A stretch of 60,233 nucleotides of DNA, from positions 5,881 through 66,113 of the forward strand of contig JAGRDU010000016.1 in NCBI GenBank assembly GCA_020446905.1. The letters are read 5' to 3'. Shown here one piece after another: positions 9,598-18,725 of the stretch (positions are counted from its first letter, which is position 1; each line of letters starts with the position of its first letter). This DNA comes from Paracoccaceae bacterium (GTDB taxonomy: Bacteria; Pseudomonadota; Alphaproteobacteria; Rhodobacterales; Rhodobacteraceae). The position numbers and the translations under genes were made by a program. The notes under the pieces were generated by a model. The model saw only the letters and a list, made by a program, of their open reading frames with translations. It ran no database searches and was not told the origin of the DNA.

Positions 9598-10833
9598 ATG
9601 CAAGCCCCCGCGATCGGCATCGATTTCGGCACGTCCAATACCGCCGCCGCGATCCTGCGGGATGGCGCGGTGCGGCTTGTCCCGCTGGAAGGCGGGCAGG
9701 ACACGCTGCCGACGGCGATCTTCCTCGACTTTGCCAGCCGCGAGACGTTGGTCGGCTCGGCGGCGGTGGCGGCGATGATCGACGGGCGCGAGGGGCGCTT
9801 CATGCGGGCGCTGAAAAGCATCCTCGGGACGCCCCTGGCGCGCGAGCGGCGGCAGTTCCTGAACCGCCGCCTGACGCTTCTGGAGATCGTCGCGGAGTTC
9901 CTCGCCGAAATCCGCGCCCGCGCGGAGGCCGCCGAGGGGCGCGAGATCCGCCGGGTAATCGCCGGCCGGCCGGTCAGGTTCCACAGCGAGGACGAGGCGC
10001 GCAACATCCAGGCCGAGGCGGACCTTCGCGACTGCTACGCGATGGCGGGGTTCGAGGACCTGCGCTTTGTCCCCGAACCCGAAGCGGCGGCGCGCGCCGC
10101 CAGCCCGGGGTCCGGCATAGGCCTCATCGTCGATATCGGTGGCGGCACCTCGGACTTCACACTTTTCGAGCGGGACGGCCAGGGCATCCGCGTTCTTGCG
10201 AGCCACGGCATCCGCCTTGGCGGCACCGATTTCGACCGGGCACTAAGCCTCGCGCACGTGATGCCTCTCTTCGGCCTAGGCGGCGCGCTGCGCAACGAGA
10301 TCGGGCCGGGCCGGCATGACGTGCCCCAGGCGATCTTCCACGATCTGGCGACATGGGCGAAGATCGCGTTCCTCTACAGCCCCGCGACCCTGCGCGATGC
10401 ACGTTACATGGCGCGTCAGGCCGTCGAACCTAGGCGGCTGGCGCGCCTTGTGCGCGTCCTCGAAAACGAGATCGGCCACGATGTCGCCTTCGCCGTCGAG
10501 GCCGCCAAGATCGCGGCGAACGATGGCGCGGCGGCGGGGATCGACCTCTCGCTTGTGGAGCGCGGGCTGAACCCGACCCTGATCGCGGATGACCTGACGC
10601 GCGGGCTCGCCTTCGCCGCGCACCGGATCGGCGGGGCCATCACCGAAACGCTGACGGTTGCCGGGCTGCGGCCGGCGGACGTGGGGCGGGTCATCTTCGT
10701 CGGCGGCTCCAGCCTTCTGTCGGTCGTGGAAGAGAGCGTCGCGCGCCTCTTGCCGGATGCGGCGCGCGAGCGGTCGGACGTCTTTACCGCCGTGGTCCGG
10801 GGCCTTGGCATCGCCAGCGGCGAGGCGCCCTGA
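9598..10833 (+). CDS. Hsp70 family protein (YegD-like)
   Basis: GIDFGTSNT, GRPVRF, EPEAAA, DIGGGTSDF, LGGTDFD, VGGSS; lacks the DnaK substrate-binding domain. Confidence 0.88.
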   Translation: MQAPAIGIDFGTSNTAAAILRDGAVRLVPLEGGQDTLPTAIFLDFASRETLVGSAAVAAMIDGREGRFMRALKSILGTPLARERRQFLNRRLTLLEIVAEFLAEIRARAEAAEGREIRRVIAGRPVRFHSEDEARNIQAEADLRDCYAMAGFEDLRFVPEPEAAARAASPGSGIGLIVDIGGGTSDFTLFERDGQGIRVLASHGIRLGGTDFDRALSLAHVMPLFGLGGALRNEIGPGRHDVPQAIFHDLATWAKIAFLYSPATLRDARYMARQAVEPRRLARLVRVLENEIGHDVAFAVEAAKIAANDGAAAGIDLSLVERGLNPTLIADDLTRGLAFAAHRIGGAITETLTVAGLRPADVGRVIFVGGSSLLSVVEESVARLLPDAARERSDVFTAVVRGLGIASGEAP

Positions 10834-10872
10834 CCCTTGCCGCCAGCGGCGCGCTCTTCTATCCCCTCACCC

Positions 10873-11790
10873 ATGGTCATCGTCGTCGCCCTCTACCGGT
10901 TCACGCCTTTCGCCGACCCCGCCGCGCTGCGGATGCCGCTTCTCGAGGCTTGCGAGGCAGCGGGGGTGCGCGGCTCTCTTCTTCTCGCGCGCGAGGGGAT
11001 CAACGGTACCATCGCGGGAACGCGCGGTGGCATCGACGCCGTGCTGTCGCATATCCGCGCGTTGCCAGGCTGCGCGGACATCGAATGGAAGGAAAGCACG
11101 GCCGAAGAGATGCCCTTTGGCCGGATGAAGGTGCGCCTGAAGCGCGAGATCGTGACCATGGGGGTCGCGGACGTCGATCCGACGCGCGCTGTCGGCCGCT
11201 ACGTCGAGCCGCAGGACTGGCATGCCCTGATCGCGGCGGAGGACGTCGCGGTGATCGACACGCGCAACGGCTACGAGGTTGCCATCGGCACGTTCGAGGG
11301 CGCGGTCGATCCCCGCACCGGAAGCTTTCGCGATTTTCCAGCCTGGTGGCGTGCCAATGCGGCGCGCTTCGGCAACAAGCGCATCGCGATGTTCTGCACC
11401 GGCGGCATCCGCTGCGAAAAATCCACGAACTTCCTTCTTCAGGAAGGCGTGCCCGAGGTCTTTCACCTGAAGGGCGGCATCCTGAAATACCTAGAAGAGG
11501 TGCCGGAGGAAGAGAGCCTCTGGCACGGCGCCTGTTTCGTCTTTGACGAGCGCGTCGGGATCAGCCACGGGCTGCGCGAGACGGGCCATCGCCTCTGCCG
11601 TGCCTGCCGGCACCCCGTCGCGCCCGAAGACCTCGGCCATCCCGACTATGAGGAAGGCGTGTCCTGCCCCGCCTGCCGGCACCGCCTGACCGAGGCCGAC
11701 CGCGCCCGGTTCCGCGAACGCCAGCGGCAGGTGGAACTGGCCACCGCGCGTGGGGCGTTGCACCTCGGGCGTCGGGAGGACGCGCGTTAG
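10873..11790 (+). CDS. trhO: tRNA uridine(34) hydroxylase, rhodanese-related (YceA/TrhO)
   Basis: [60 protein letters not shown]. Confidence 0.92.
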   Translation: MVIVVALYRFTPFADPAALRMPLLEACEAAGVRGSLLLAREGINGTIAGTRGGIDAVLSHIRALPGCADIEWKESTAEEMPFGRMKVRLKREIVTMGVADVDPTRAVGRYVEPQDWHALIAAEDVAVIDTRNGYEVAIGTFEGAVDPRTGSFRDFPAWWRANAARFGNKRIAMFCTGGIRCEKSTNFLLQEGVPEVFHLKGGILKYLEEVPEEESLWHGACFVFDERVGISHGLRETGHRLCRACRHPVAPEDLGHPDYEEGVSCPACRHRLTEADRARFRERQRQVELATARGALHLGRREDAR

Positions 11791-11955
11791 GGCGCAGAAA
11801 CAATCACTGCCCATTTGAGCAACTGTATCGACTTCGGTGAAAACTGCGCTAAACCCGGGCTTGCCGCGAAAAGAAATTTGTCAGCCGCCCGGCGCTGGCG
11901 CAGGAAACCGAAAGTGAACCGCCAGAGGGCGGCCCCGATCTGGAAGGACTGAAAG

Positions 11956-12471
11956 ATGACCGCTTCGGCCGAGCCCAATCCGCCCGTCCTCAAGAAGGCA
12001 CGCCGGCGCGGGTTGAACCGGCTGTCGGGCCTCAGGAACCTTCTCGTCGATACAAAGCGCCTCTGGTATCGCAAGGTCTGGGGTATGGACATCCACCCGA
12101 CTGCGCAGTTCTCGCTCTCGGCCAAGTTCGACCGGACCTTTCCGCTTGGCATCCACATCGGCCCCTACAGCTATGTCGCCTTCGACGTCCGCATCCTGAC
12201 GCATGACCGCACCCGCGGGCTTTATTCCCATACGCGGATCGGCGCGAACTGCTTCATCGGTGGCTGCAGCCTGATCCTGCCGGGGGTCGAGATTGGCGAC
12301 AACTGCGTCGTCGGCGCCGGCTCGGTCGTCACGAAATCAGTGCCGCCCCGGTCCATCGTCGCGGGCAACCCGGCGAAGGTGATCCGCTCGAACATCGAGG
12401 TCATCGAATATGGCCGCTTCACCGATGCCGACCTGATCGAAAGCCAGCTGGCCGAGCAGGGCCTGACCTGA
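11956..12471 (+). CDS. Hexapeptide-repeat (LbH) acyltransferase, probable polysaccharide O-acetyltransferase
   Basis: RILTHD...IGANCFIG...ILPGVEIGDNCVVGAGSVVTKSVPPRSIVAGNPAKVI. Confidence 0.85.
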   Translation: MTASAEPNPPVLKKARRRGLNRLSGLRNLLVDTKRLWYRKVWGMDIHPTAQFSLSAKFDRTFPLGIHIGPYSYVAFDVRILTHDRTRGLYSHTRIGANCFIGGCSLILPGVEIGDNCVVGAGSVVTKSVPPRSIVAGNPAKVIRSNIEVIEYGRFTDADLIESQLAEQGLT

Positions 12472-12474
12472 GCG

Positions 12475-13170
12475 ATGCGGCGCGTGGGCCTGCTGGCCGG
12501 TCTTGTCCTTGCCGCCGGCGCGCTTCTTCTCTTCCGTCAGGCCCCCGAGCCGGCCGGCCCGCGCGATCGCATCGCGGCTACGGGTGGCACGCCACCCGAG
12601 CGACTGGCGGCTGTCGCCTTCGGCACCAGCCTGACGGCGCGGGCGCGCTGGCCGGAAACGCTCAAGGCCGGGCTCGAGCCCTGCGGGTTCCAGGACGTGA
12701 GCGTGACAGTGCGCGCCCGGCCCGGCGCGGGGTCCGGCGAGGGCCTTGATCTTGTCGGATCAGAAGGACCGGGCCCCTACCAGCTTGCCTTCGTCGAATT
12801 CGCGATCAACGACGCCGATCTCTGGGACGGAGTCTCGCGGCAGGAGAGCCTCGAGAATACCCGTGCGATCCTGCGGGCGATCCGCGACCGGCATCCGGGC
12901 ATCGCGGTGGTGCTGGTGACGACCAATCCGGTGGCCGGCCTGCAGCGGCTGAAACGGCCGAGGCTGATGGCCTATGACGATCTCTATCTCCGCCTCGCCG
13001 AGGAAGAGGATGTCAGCCTCTTCGACGGAACCGCGCGCTGGGCCGGAACCAATCGGGATGCCGCCCTGCCGGACGGGCTTCATCCCGAACCGACGATCGA
13101 GGCGGCGCTGTACACAGGCCCGCTGTCGAGGCTTGTCGCCGCGATATTCGGGCGATCCTGCGCGCAATGA
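12475..13170 (+). CDS. SGNH/GDSL hydrolase with N-terminal membrane anchor
   Basis: Block I AFGTSLT, block III EFAIND, block V DGLHP; hydrophobic N-terminus; starts 3 nt after the acyltransferase stop. Confidence 0.82.
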   Translation: MRRVGLLAGLVLAAGALLLFRQAPEPAGPRDRIAATGGTPPERLAAVAFGTSLTARARWPETLKAGLEPCGFQDVSVTVRARPGAGSGEGLDLVGSEGPGPYQLAFVEFAINDADLWDGVSRQESLENTRAILRAIRDRHPGIAVVLVTTNPVAGLQRLKRPRLMAYDDLYLRLAEEEDVSLFDGTARWAGTNRDAALPDGLHPEPTIEAALYTGPLSRLVAAIFGRSCAQ

Positions 13171-13411
13171 GCCGGCCCGGCGCCTAACAGGACCCTGACG
13201 CCCCGCCCGGCGGACCGCGCGTTCGCGCAACGCCCCGCGGGCGCGTGCTACACGTCGAAGGCCAGTTTGCCGGCACTGGCCCCGGCGGGCGTCCGCGAGA
13301 CCGATGCGCGCCCGGGGCAGGTGACGGTGCAACCCACCCGGACGAGTGTCGCCTGCGGTCGGGACTAGACAGACGAGACACGCGGCTCCGTCCCGAACGA
13401 CGGAAACCGCA

Positions 13412-15652
13412 ATGCTCTCGCTTTCTGCCATCACGCTCCAGACCCGCCGCCCCGGTCCATCCGGCCCTGTCATCCCGCCCGGCGCCGTCACGGTGACTGC
13501 TTTCAGCCGCGACCGCACCGTCTTTGACAGCGGCGCGGGCGTCGGTCTGTCCTCGGCCATCGTTCCCCTCTCGGGAACCGGCACGGCGGGCGAGATCGTC
13601 GAGGCGCGCGCGGTGTCGCTTGACGATGGCGGCGCGACGACGACGGCATGGGCCGATATCGGCACGATTTCCGCAGGCGGCACCTGGTCCGGGACGATCG
13701 CCGTCCCCCGCAGCACCTCGTGGCTCCGCCCGGAGGTTCGCCTCAAGGCCCAGCCCGGCGTCGCCGCGCAGGGCGCGAACCGTTTCGGCGTCGGTCATGT
13801 CATCGCGATCTGGGGCCAGTCGGAGCCGGACCGCATCCTCTCGGCCTTCTACGACAACACGACCCCGCCCCCGGTCAGCGACCCCGAGGCGGTGCAGTTC
13901 CTCCATGGTGCGGGGACCACGCCGACGCGCAGCTTCATCACCAACGCGGCGCCCCTGACCGCCGCCGCGGCCGCGATGGCGGCCACCCTGATCGCGGTCC
14001 GGCCGGGCGAGAAATTCGCGGTCGTCTTCCAGACCGTCTCGGGCACCGACCCGCGCGCCCTGGTCAATGACGCGGACACCACGCGCAACTGGGCCGCCGA
14101 CAAGGCGCTGCACGATTTCGCGACGGCCGACGGCCAGCATGTCGGCATCGCGGCGATGTCGTGGTTCGCCGCGCCCAGCAACCTTGGCGCCAGCTATGGC
14201 GAGGCGCTCTTTCCGCTCTTTTCGGGCAAGACAACCGCCGGGGCGACCGTCACCTTTCCCGCGACGATCAGCTACGGATCGGGGCAGAGCTATCACGCCG
14301 ACCACTGGTTCGGCGAGCTTTACGACTATTCGAGGACGCGATGGGTGCCCTACGGCCCCCACAAGTTCGACATCGACGCAGACATGCAGGACGCCAAGCA
14401 CTATCTCGGCGGCGCCGTGCAGGCGAACCTCAACAACAAGGAGCTCTGCCGGCTGAGCTGGCGCGCGATGCTGGCGCTGCCGGCCGCCACCATGTTCCGC
14501 CCCCTCGGGATCGAGCCGGTCACCTATGTGAACGGGTTCGACGATGGCGCAGGCGGGTGGACCGACATTCCCCACCCGGCCGGCAATACACCTGACGGTA
14601 CGCAGGCCTTCGCGCGCCTCACCGCGCACGCCATCCTGCAATCGGCCGGCCTTGCAACCTGGACGCCCCCGGTCTTTGACAATTGCCTCTGGGAGGCCAC
14701 CGGCGCCTGGGTCGAGGTCTGGTCCTCGGCCGGGCCGGTCACGACGACGCGGCTTGCCCGGGGCGAGCCCGCGCTCGGCTCGGGCCAGACGCACTGGACC
14801 GAGGTCATGGGCTTCCAGATCAACGGCCTGCCCGCCCGGAACACCCAGATCGTCGCGGGCCGCGTCCGCATCTTCCCGAATACGGGCGTCTTTACCAATG
14901 CCGACGCCATCCAGTATGGCGAGGGCGGCGCCTCGGGCATGATCGCCTACCCAGAGGACTTCCAGAACGCGACCTGGAAGAACCTGCCCATCGTCGATCT
15001 CGGGCTGGCTGGCCTCACCGGCGTGCCGGTGCGCCCGATGGCCGAGCAAACCGTGCTGGCCAACACGTTGCCGGCGGCGGCCCCCCAGTTCACGACCGCC
15101 GTGGCCGGTCCCTATTTCACCGACAGCCTGAACGTGCCGGCCGGCACCACCGCCATCACCTATGCGGGTCGCTTCAAGTTTGCGTCCTACCCGGCCTCGA
15201 CCTTCGCGCTCTTCGCCCAGGCCAATATCGGTTTCGACGTCGAGCTGATGAACAACGGCAACCTGCGCATCAACATCAAGGACAGCGCGGGCACCGTCTT
15301 GCTTTCGAACCGCATCCTCGCGACGGCCCTCGCGACCGGCGTCTGGTATGATGTCGTGGTCTCCGCCAGTCATGTGACCAGGCAGCTCTGGGTCGAGGTC
15401 AACGGCACGCTCGCCTTCACCGTCGCCTTCACGACCGCCGGCAGTGGCAGCTTCCAGAGCAACCGCGTGCTGAACTTCCTGTCGCGTTGCAGCGGCTCGC
15501 TTCAGTATGTCGGCCAGGTGGAATATCTGCGCGCATGGTTCTCGGCCACCGGGACCGGCGCCGCGCCCGCGGGAACGCCTTACAAGCAGGTGACGGGCCC
15601 GGCGGCCGTCGCCAATGCCGACGCCTGGAAACGCGGCGCCAACGCAACGTGA
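13412..15652 (+). CDS. Large hypothetical protein: Ig-like region, sialate-O-acetylesterase-like SGNH domain and C-terminal LamG/ConA-like domain; candidate GTA head-spike fibre
   Basis: ATG 13412, in frame with ORF 13346. FGVGHVIAIWGQS (cf. VGDVWLCSGQSN), FQTVSGT, DIPHP (DxxH); beta-rich C-terminus GVWYDVVVS...VEVNG...YVGQVEYLRAW; no signal peptide. Confidence 0.6.
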   Translation: MLSLSAITLQTRRPGPSGPVIPPGAVTVTAFSRDRTVFDSGAGVGLSSAIVPLSGTGTAGEIVEARAVSLDDGGATTTAWADIGTISAGGTWSGTIAVPRSTSWLRPEVRLKAQPGVAAQGANRFGVGHVIAIWGQSEPDRILSAFYDNTTPPPVSDPEAVQFLHGAGTTPTRSFITNAAPLTAAAAAMAATLIAVRPGEKFAVVFQTVSGTDPRALVNDADTTRNWAADKALHDFATADGQHVGIAAMSWFAAPSNLGASYGEALFPLFSGKTTAGATVTFPATISYGSGQSYHADHWFGELYDYSRTRWVPYGPHKFDIDADMQDAKHYLGGAVQANLNNKELCRLSWRAMLALPAATMFRPLGIEPVTYVNGFDDGAGGWTDIPHPAGNTPDGTQAFARLTAHAILQSAGLATWTPPVFDNCLWEATGAWVEVWSSAGPVTTTRLARGEPALGSGQTHWTEVMGFQINGLPARNTQIVAGRVRIFPNTGVFTNADAIQYGEGGASGMIAYPEDFQNATWKNLPIVDLGLAGLTGVPVRPMAEQTVLANTLPAAAPQFTTAVAGPYFTDSLNVPAGTTAITYAGRFKFASYPASTFALFAQANIGFDVELMNNGNLRINIKDSAGTVLLSNRILATALATGVWYDVVVSASHVTRQLWVEVNGTLAFTVAFTTAGSGSFQSNRVLNFLSRCSGSLQYVGQVEYLRAWFSATGTGAAPAGTPYKQVTGPAAVANADAWKRGANAT

Positions 15653-15671
15653 ATGCGCCGGGATGAGTGAG

Positions 15672-15702
15672 ACAAAAAAACAGGGGCTCCGAGGCCCCTG
15701 TT
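15672..15702 (-). terminator. Rho-independent terminator between convergent genes
   Basis: AACAGGGGC-tccgag-GCCCCTGTT hairpin; A7 run on + gives a U-tract on the - strand. Confidence 0.8.
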
Positions 15703-15729
15703 GCGTTCCGGCTCACCTTGGGCTCCGTC

Positions 15730-15990
15730 CTACCAGAGCGCGACGAGCCCGCCCGCCGTCGTGCCGGTCTGGTTGATCCCCTTTGCTCGGACAGGCAGGA
15801 CGGTCCCGCCCTGCACGTTCGCGAAGACGACACTCTGCCCACCCGCGAGACGCGCCGAGACATCGCCGGTCTGGCCGACATAGATCGCCCGAGGCAGCAC
15901 CGGCAGGTCGTTCGTGTTGTGCGGCGTGACGGTCTGCGCGTCGCGCGCCGGGGCGACAAGGGTCGTGGGGTAGTCCGAAAATTTGTCCAT
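15730..15990 (-). CDS. ghsA: Spike base protein, RcGTA Rcc01079 (GhsA) family
   Basis: 86 aa MDKFSDYPTTLVAPARDAQTVTPHNTNDLPVLPRAIYVGQTGDV...LPVRAKGINQTGTTAGGLVALW matches the recalled family pattern (MD.F...L..PA....VTP.D..DL...PRA..V...G...LPVR......TGTTA); AGAGGA RBS. Confidence 0.85.
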   Translation of the reverse strand: MDKFSDYPTTLVAPARDAQTVTPHNTNDLPVLPRAIYVGQTGDVSARLAGGQSVVFANVQGGTVLPVRAKGINQTGTTAGGLVALW

Positions 15991-16133
15991 TTCTGGTTCC
16001 TCTGCTGCCGCCCTCCGGCGCCGCCGCGGCGGCGAGGGGGGCATGGCGCGCGTCCGGCGCGGGCCATGCCCCGATGGCGTATGATGATGGGTCCGGCCCC
16101 GCAGCCGGCCTGCCGATTAGGCGGCGGCCGCTC

Positions 16134-16148
16134 TTAACATTCCGGAAA
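16134..16148 (-). promoter_or_regulatory. Imperfect CtrA-type site upstream of the spike base gene
   Basis: TTAA-CATTCCG-GAAA: one perfect TTAAC half-site with N7 spacing. Confidence 0.35.
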
Positions 16149-16217
16149 TCTTGCGCGCGTATGACCAATTTCGACTGTCGTCATTTTCCCGCCGAGTGAT
16201 TCAGCGAAGCTCGGCGA

Positions 16218-16249
16218 GATCACGCCAATCTTGCAAGATTCGCGTGATC
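16218..16249. promoter_or_regulatory. 32-bp near-perfect palindrome, candidate operator
   Basis: GATCACGC-C-AATCTTGCAAGATT-C-GCGTGATC. Confidence 0.55.
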
Positions 16250-16364
16250 GTTGCCGTTACGAAACCCGCCTGGGCCACATCTGGAGACCAATTGTGCCCA
16301 ATCTTTGCCACGATCTGACGCTTTGTCCCGAACCGGAGACATTCGCGAAACGAGGAACTGAGGC

Positions 16365-18179
16365 ATGAAACTTTCCAGTTCGATCACGGCGCTGGCACTG
16401 ACGACCGCGCTTGTAGCGACGGGGGCCGATGCGAAAGATTTTTTCGTTCAGGCCGTCACCCCCGGCCCTGTCACCGGCGCCGCTTTGGGCACCGTAAACC
16501 TGCAGGCGACGACCGAGGACAAGGCTGAGGAGCCGGTACCGTACTTCCTCGATTCGACCTCGGGAGGATCTGAATCGGCCTCATCCTCCAGCACTTCTTC
16601 TGACGGAGAGTCCGCCTCGGCCGCGCTGCAGCAGCGTATCGGCAAATGGGTCTCGGTCAGCAAGACGAAGTCCAGGGGCAAGTACCGACGCCCGACGGAT
16701 GGCATCGTGGTCACGACCCCGACAACGGGGGAAACGACCGGCGGGACGGCCGGCGAATCCACTATCGGCGGATCGACCGGATCGGACGGAGGAGAAGCTC
16801 CTGCAAGCGAAACACCCGTGACCGAAGTCCCGACCACCGAGACACCGGTAACGGAGACACCGGTAACCGAGACGCCGGTAACCGAGACACCGACGACAGA
16901 GACGCCGACGACAGATACGCCGACCACCCCCACCCCGACACCAACGCCAACGCCAACGCCAACGGCTCCGACGCCGGTGACGCCACCGGCGGGTTCCGGC
17001 TCGGCCTGGGCGAACTTCGACGCGCTCATGGCCTCTGGTCAGGTGCAGGGCGGCGACCGCATCTTCCTGATGGACGGCTACCATGGCCAGATCACCGTCG
17101 CGAACAAGCAATTCGCCTCGACCGTGCTGATCGCCCCCGCCGCAGGTGCGACCGCTCACGCGGAATCGATCCTGGTCGCCAACTCAAAGAACGTGCACGT
17201 GCAGGGACTCAGCGTCTGGTCGATCTCGTCCTATGCCGGGAACGGCGCGCTGGTGCGCACCTATGACGATGTGAGGAACATCGCCTTCACCGATCTCGAT
17301 CTCCGCTCGGTCGCTGGCGCACCGAACTACGCGAACTGGTCGCTGTCGCAATGGACGACAAACGAACGCGTCGGCTTCCTTCTGCAGGGCACCAGCGTGA
17401 CGGCCGCGCGCAACCGGATCACCGGCATCTACCACGGCATCAACGCCTATGGCCCGAGCGCGCTGCTGGAAAACAACGTCATCGACGGCTTCAGCGGCGA
17501 CGGCATCCGTGCCCTTGGCGACAACTCCATGGTGCGCGGCAACAAGATGCAGAACTGCTACCAGATCGACGGCAACCATGCCGACGGGTTCCAGTCCTTC
17601 TCGCTTGGCCCCACCGGAACGCCGGGTGCAGGGACGCTTCACAATCTGACGGTCGAGGACAACAAGATCTTCGAATGGACGCTCGCAAGCTCAAGTCCGC
17701 TGCGCTGCAGCCTGCAGGGCATCGGCATGTTCGACGGCATGTACGACGGTGTGAAGATCCGCAACAACGTCATCCAGGCGAGCGGCTATCACGGCATCAC
17801 GATCACCGGAGCGCTGAATTCCGAGGTCGTCAACAACACGGTGTTGAACACCAAGGCCTCGGGCAGCGCCTGGCCCTGGATCATGATCTCGCCGCACAAG
17901 AACGGAACCGCCTCGCGCAACACCACCGTCGCCAACAACCTCACGATGGGCCTGAATGCCCCGGTCGACGCCGCGAAAGGCCTCGCGACCTCGAACAACG
18001 TCGTCGCGACCGACGCCTCGACTGAGGTGGCGTCCTTCCTGGGCCGTGACTTCCGGCTGAAGGCTTCCGCCAAGTCGGTCGACGCCGGCACCGCGTCGGT
18101 CGCCCCCGGCGACGACATCAACGGCACGGCGCGCCCGAAGGGCAAGAGCCCCGACGCTGGCGCCTACGAAAGCTACTGA
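16365..18179 (+). CDS. Secreted right-handed parallel beta-helix protein (pectin-lyase fold) with Ser/Thr/Pro-rich linker and choice-of-anchor-Q-like C-terminus
   Basis: Sec signal ending ADA; GGDRIFLMDGYHG; Asn-ladder repeats; HADGFQ; C-terminal DFRLKASAKSVDAG...DINGTARPKGKSPDAGAYES. Confidence 0.8.
   Translation: MKLSSSITALALTTALVATGADAKDFFVQAVTPGPVTGAALGTVNLQATTEDKAEEPVPYFLDSTSGGSESASSSSTSSDGESASAALQQRIGKWVSVSKTKSRGKYRRPTDGIVVTTPTTGETTGGTAGESTIGGSTGSDGGEAPASETPVTEVPTTETPVTETPVTETPVTETPTTETPTTDTPTTPTPTPTPTPTPTAPTPVTPPAGSGSAWANFDALMASGQVQGGDRIFLMDGYHGQITVANKQFASTVLIAPAAGATAHAESILVANSKNVHVQGLSVWSISSYAGNGALVRTYDDVRNIAFTDLDLRSVAGAPNYANWSLSQWTTNERVGFLLQGTSVTAARNRITGIYHGINAYGPSALLENNVIDGFSGDGIRALGDNSMVRGNKMQNCYQIDGNHADGFQSFSLGPTGTPGAGTLHNLTVEDNKIFEWTLASSSPLRCSLQGIGMFDGMYDGVKIRNNVIQASGYHGITITGALNSEVVNNTVLNTKASGSAWPWIMISPHKNGTASRNTTVANNLTMGLNAPVDAAKGLATSNNVVATDASTEVASFLGRDFRLKASAKSVDAGTASVAPGDDINGTARPKGKSPDAGAYESY
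16806..16964 (+). repeat. Coding tandem repeats: 8 x 15 nt (T-E-T-P-V/T), then Pro-Thr repeats including CCAACG x4
   Basis: ACCGAGAC(A/G)CCG(GTA/ACG)-like units at 16806-16925; CCAACG repeats at 16941-16964. Confidence 0.9.
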
Positions 18180-18205
18180 CGGCGGCTCTCTCCCCGCCAC
18201 TTCGC

Positions 18206-18244
18206 TGCCCCCGCCGGAACACCACCGGCGGGGGCATTTTGTTT
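18206..18244 (+). terminator. Rho-independent terminator
   Basis: TGCCCCCGCCGG-aacacca-CCGGCGGGGGCA followed by TTTTGTTT. Confidence 0.88.
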
Positions 18245-18725
18245 CCGCTCGGCGCTCGCCCGATCGGAGGCAACCCCGCCCCCCGGTTCGTCCTCGTCTG
18301 ACATCAACGGCGGATGGCCAGACGCCGCGACTACGTCCCGATGTCATCACGCTGGAACGCCGGGGCAGCGTACCGCAAGGCAGCAGGAACAGACCCCGTC
18401 ACGCGCTTCCCCCTCTGATTCGCCCGCTCGCCAACTATCCCGCTGACGGATCACGACATTCCGGCCCAGATCCCGGATGGGAGCATCGGTTCCCTGTTCC
18501 CCGAGCCCTCGCCTGCCCGAGAGATTGAACACCATGGCGCGACAATGCTGCGCCGCAGAGGCAGCGGGGCGCCAATCCGGCGACAAACCGAGGCCATTCT
18601 GCCACCATGTTGCTTCCATTGGCAAAAGTGGCGGGAATGTGGCGTCCCTGTGTTTCAATTTCGGCGAAACCTGCTAAACCGGGACGCGTAGGGTGATGCT
18701 GTAAGACATTACTGTAGGGGTAACG

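Noticed and set aside
13412-15990. Prophage remnant
   Set aside because: No integrase, terminase, capsid or tail genes and no att sites; both genes are intact with a terminator, which fits a dispersed GTA locus better
16806-16964. Possible CRISPR-like array
   Set aside because: Contiguous in-frame 15-nt and 6-nt coding repeats with no spacers and no cas genes
18245-18725. Short ORFs and inverted repeats in the 480-bp gap before the VPLPA protein
   Set aside because: No RBS or motif support; the pairings are short and unremarkable at this GC content
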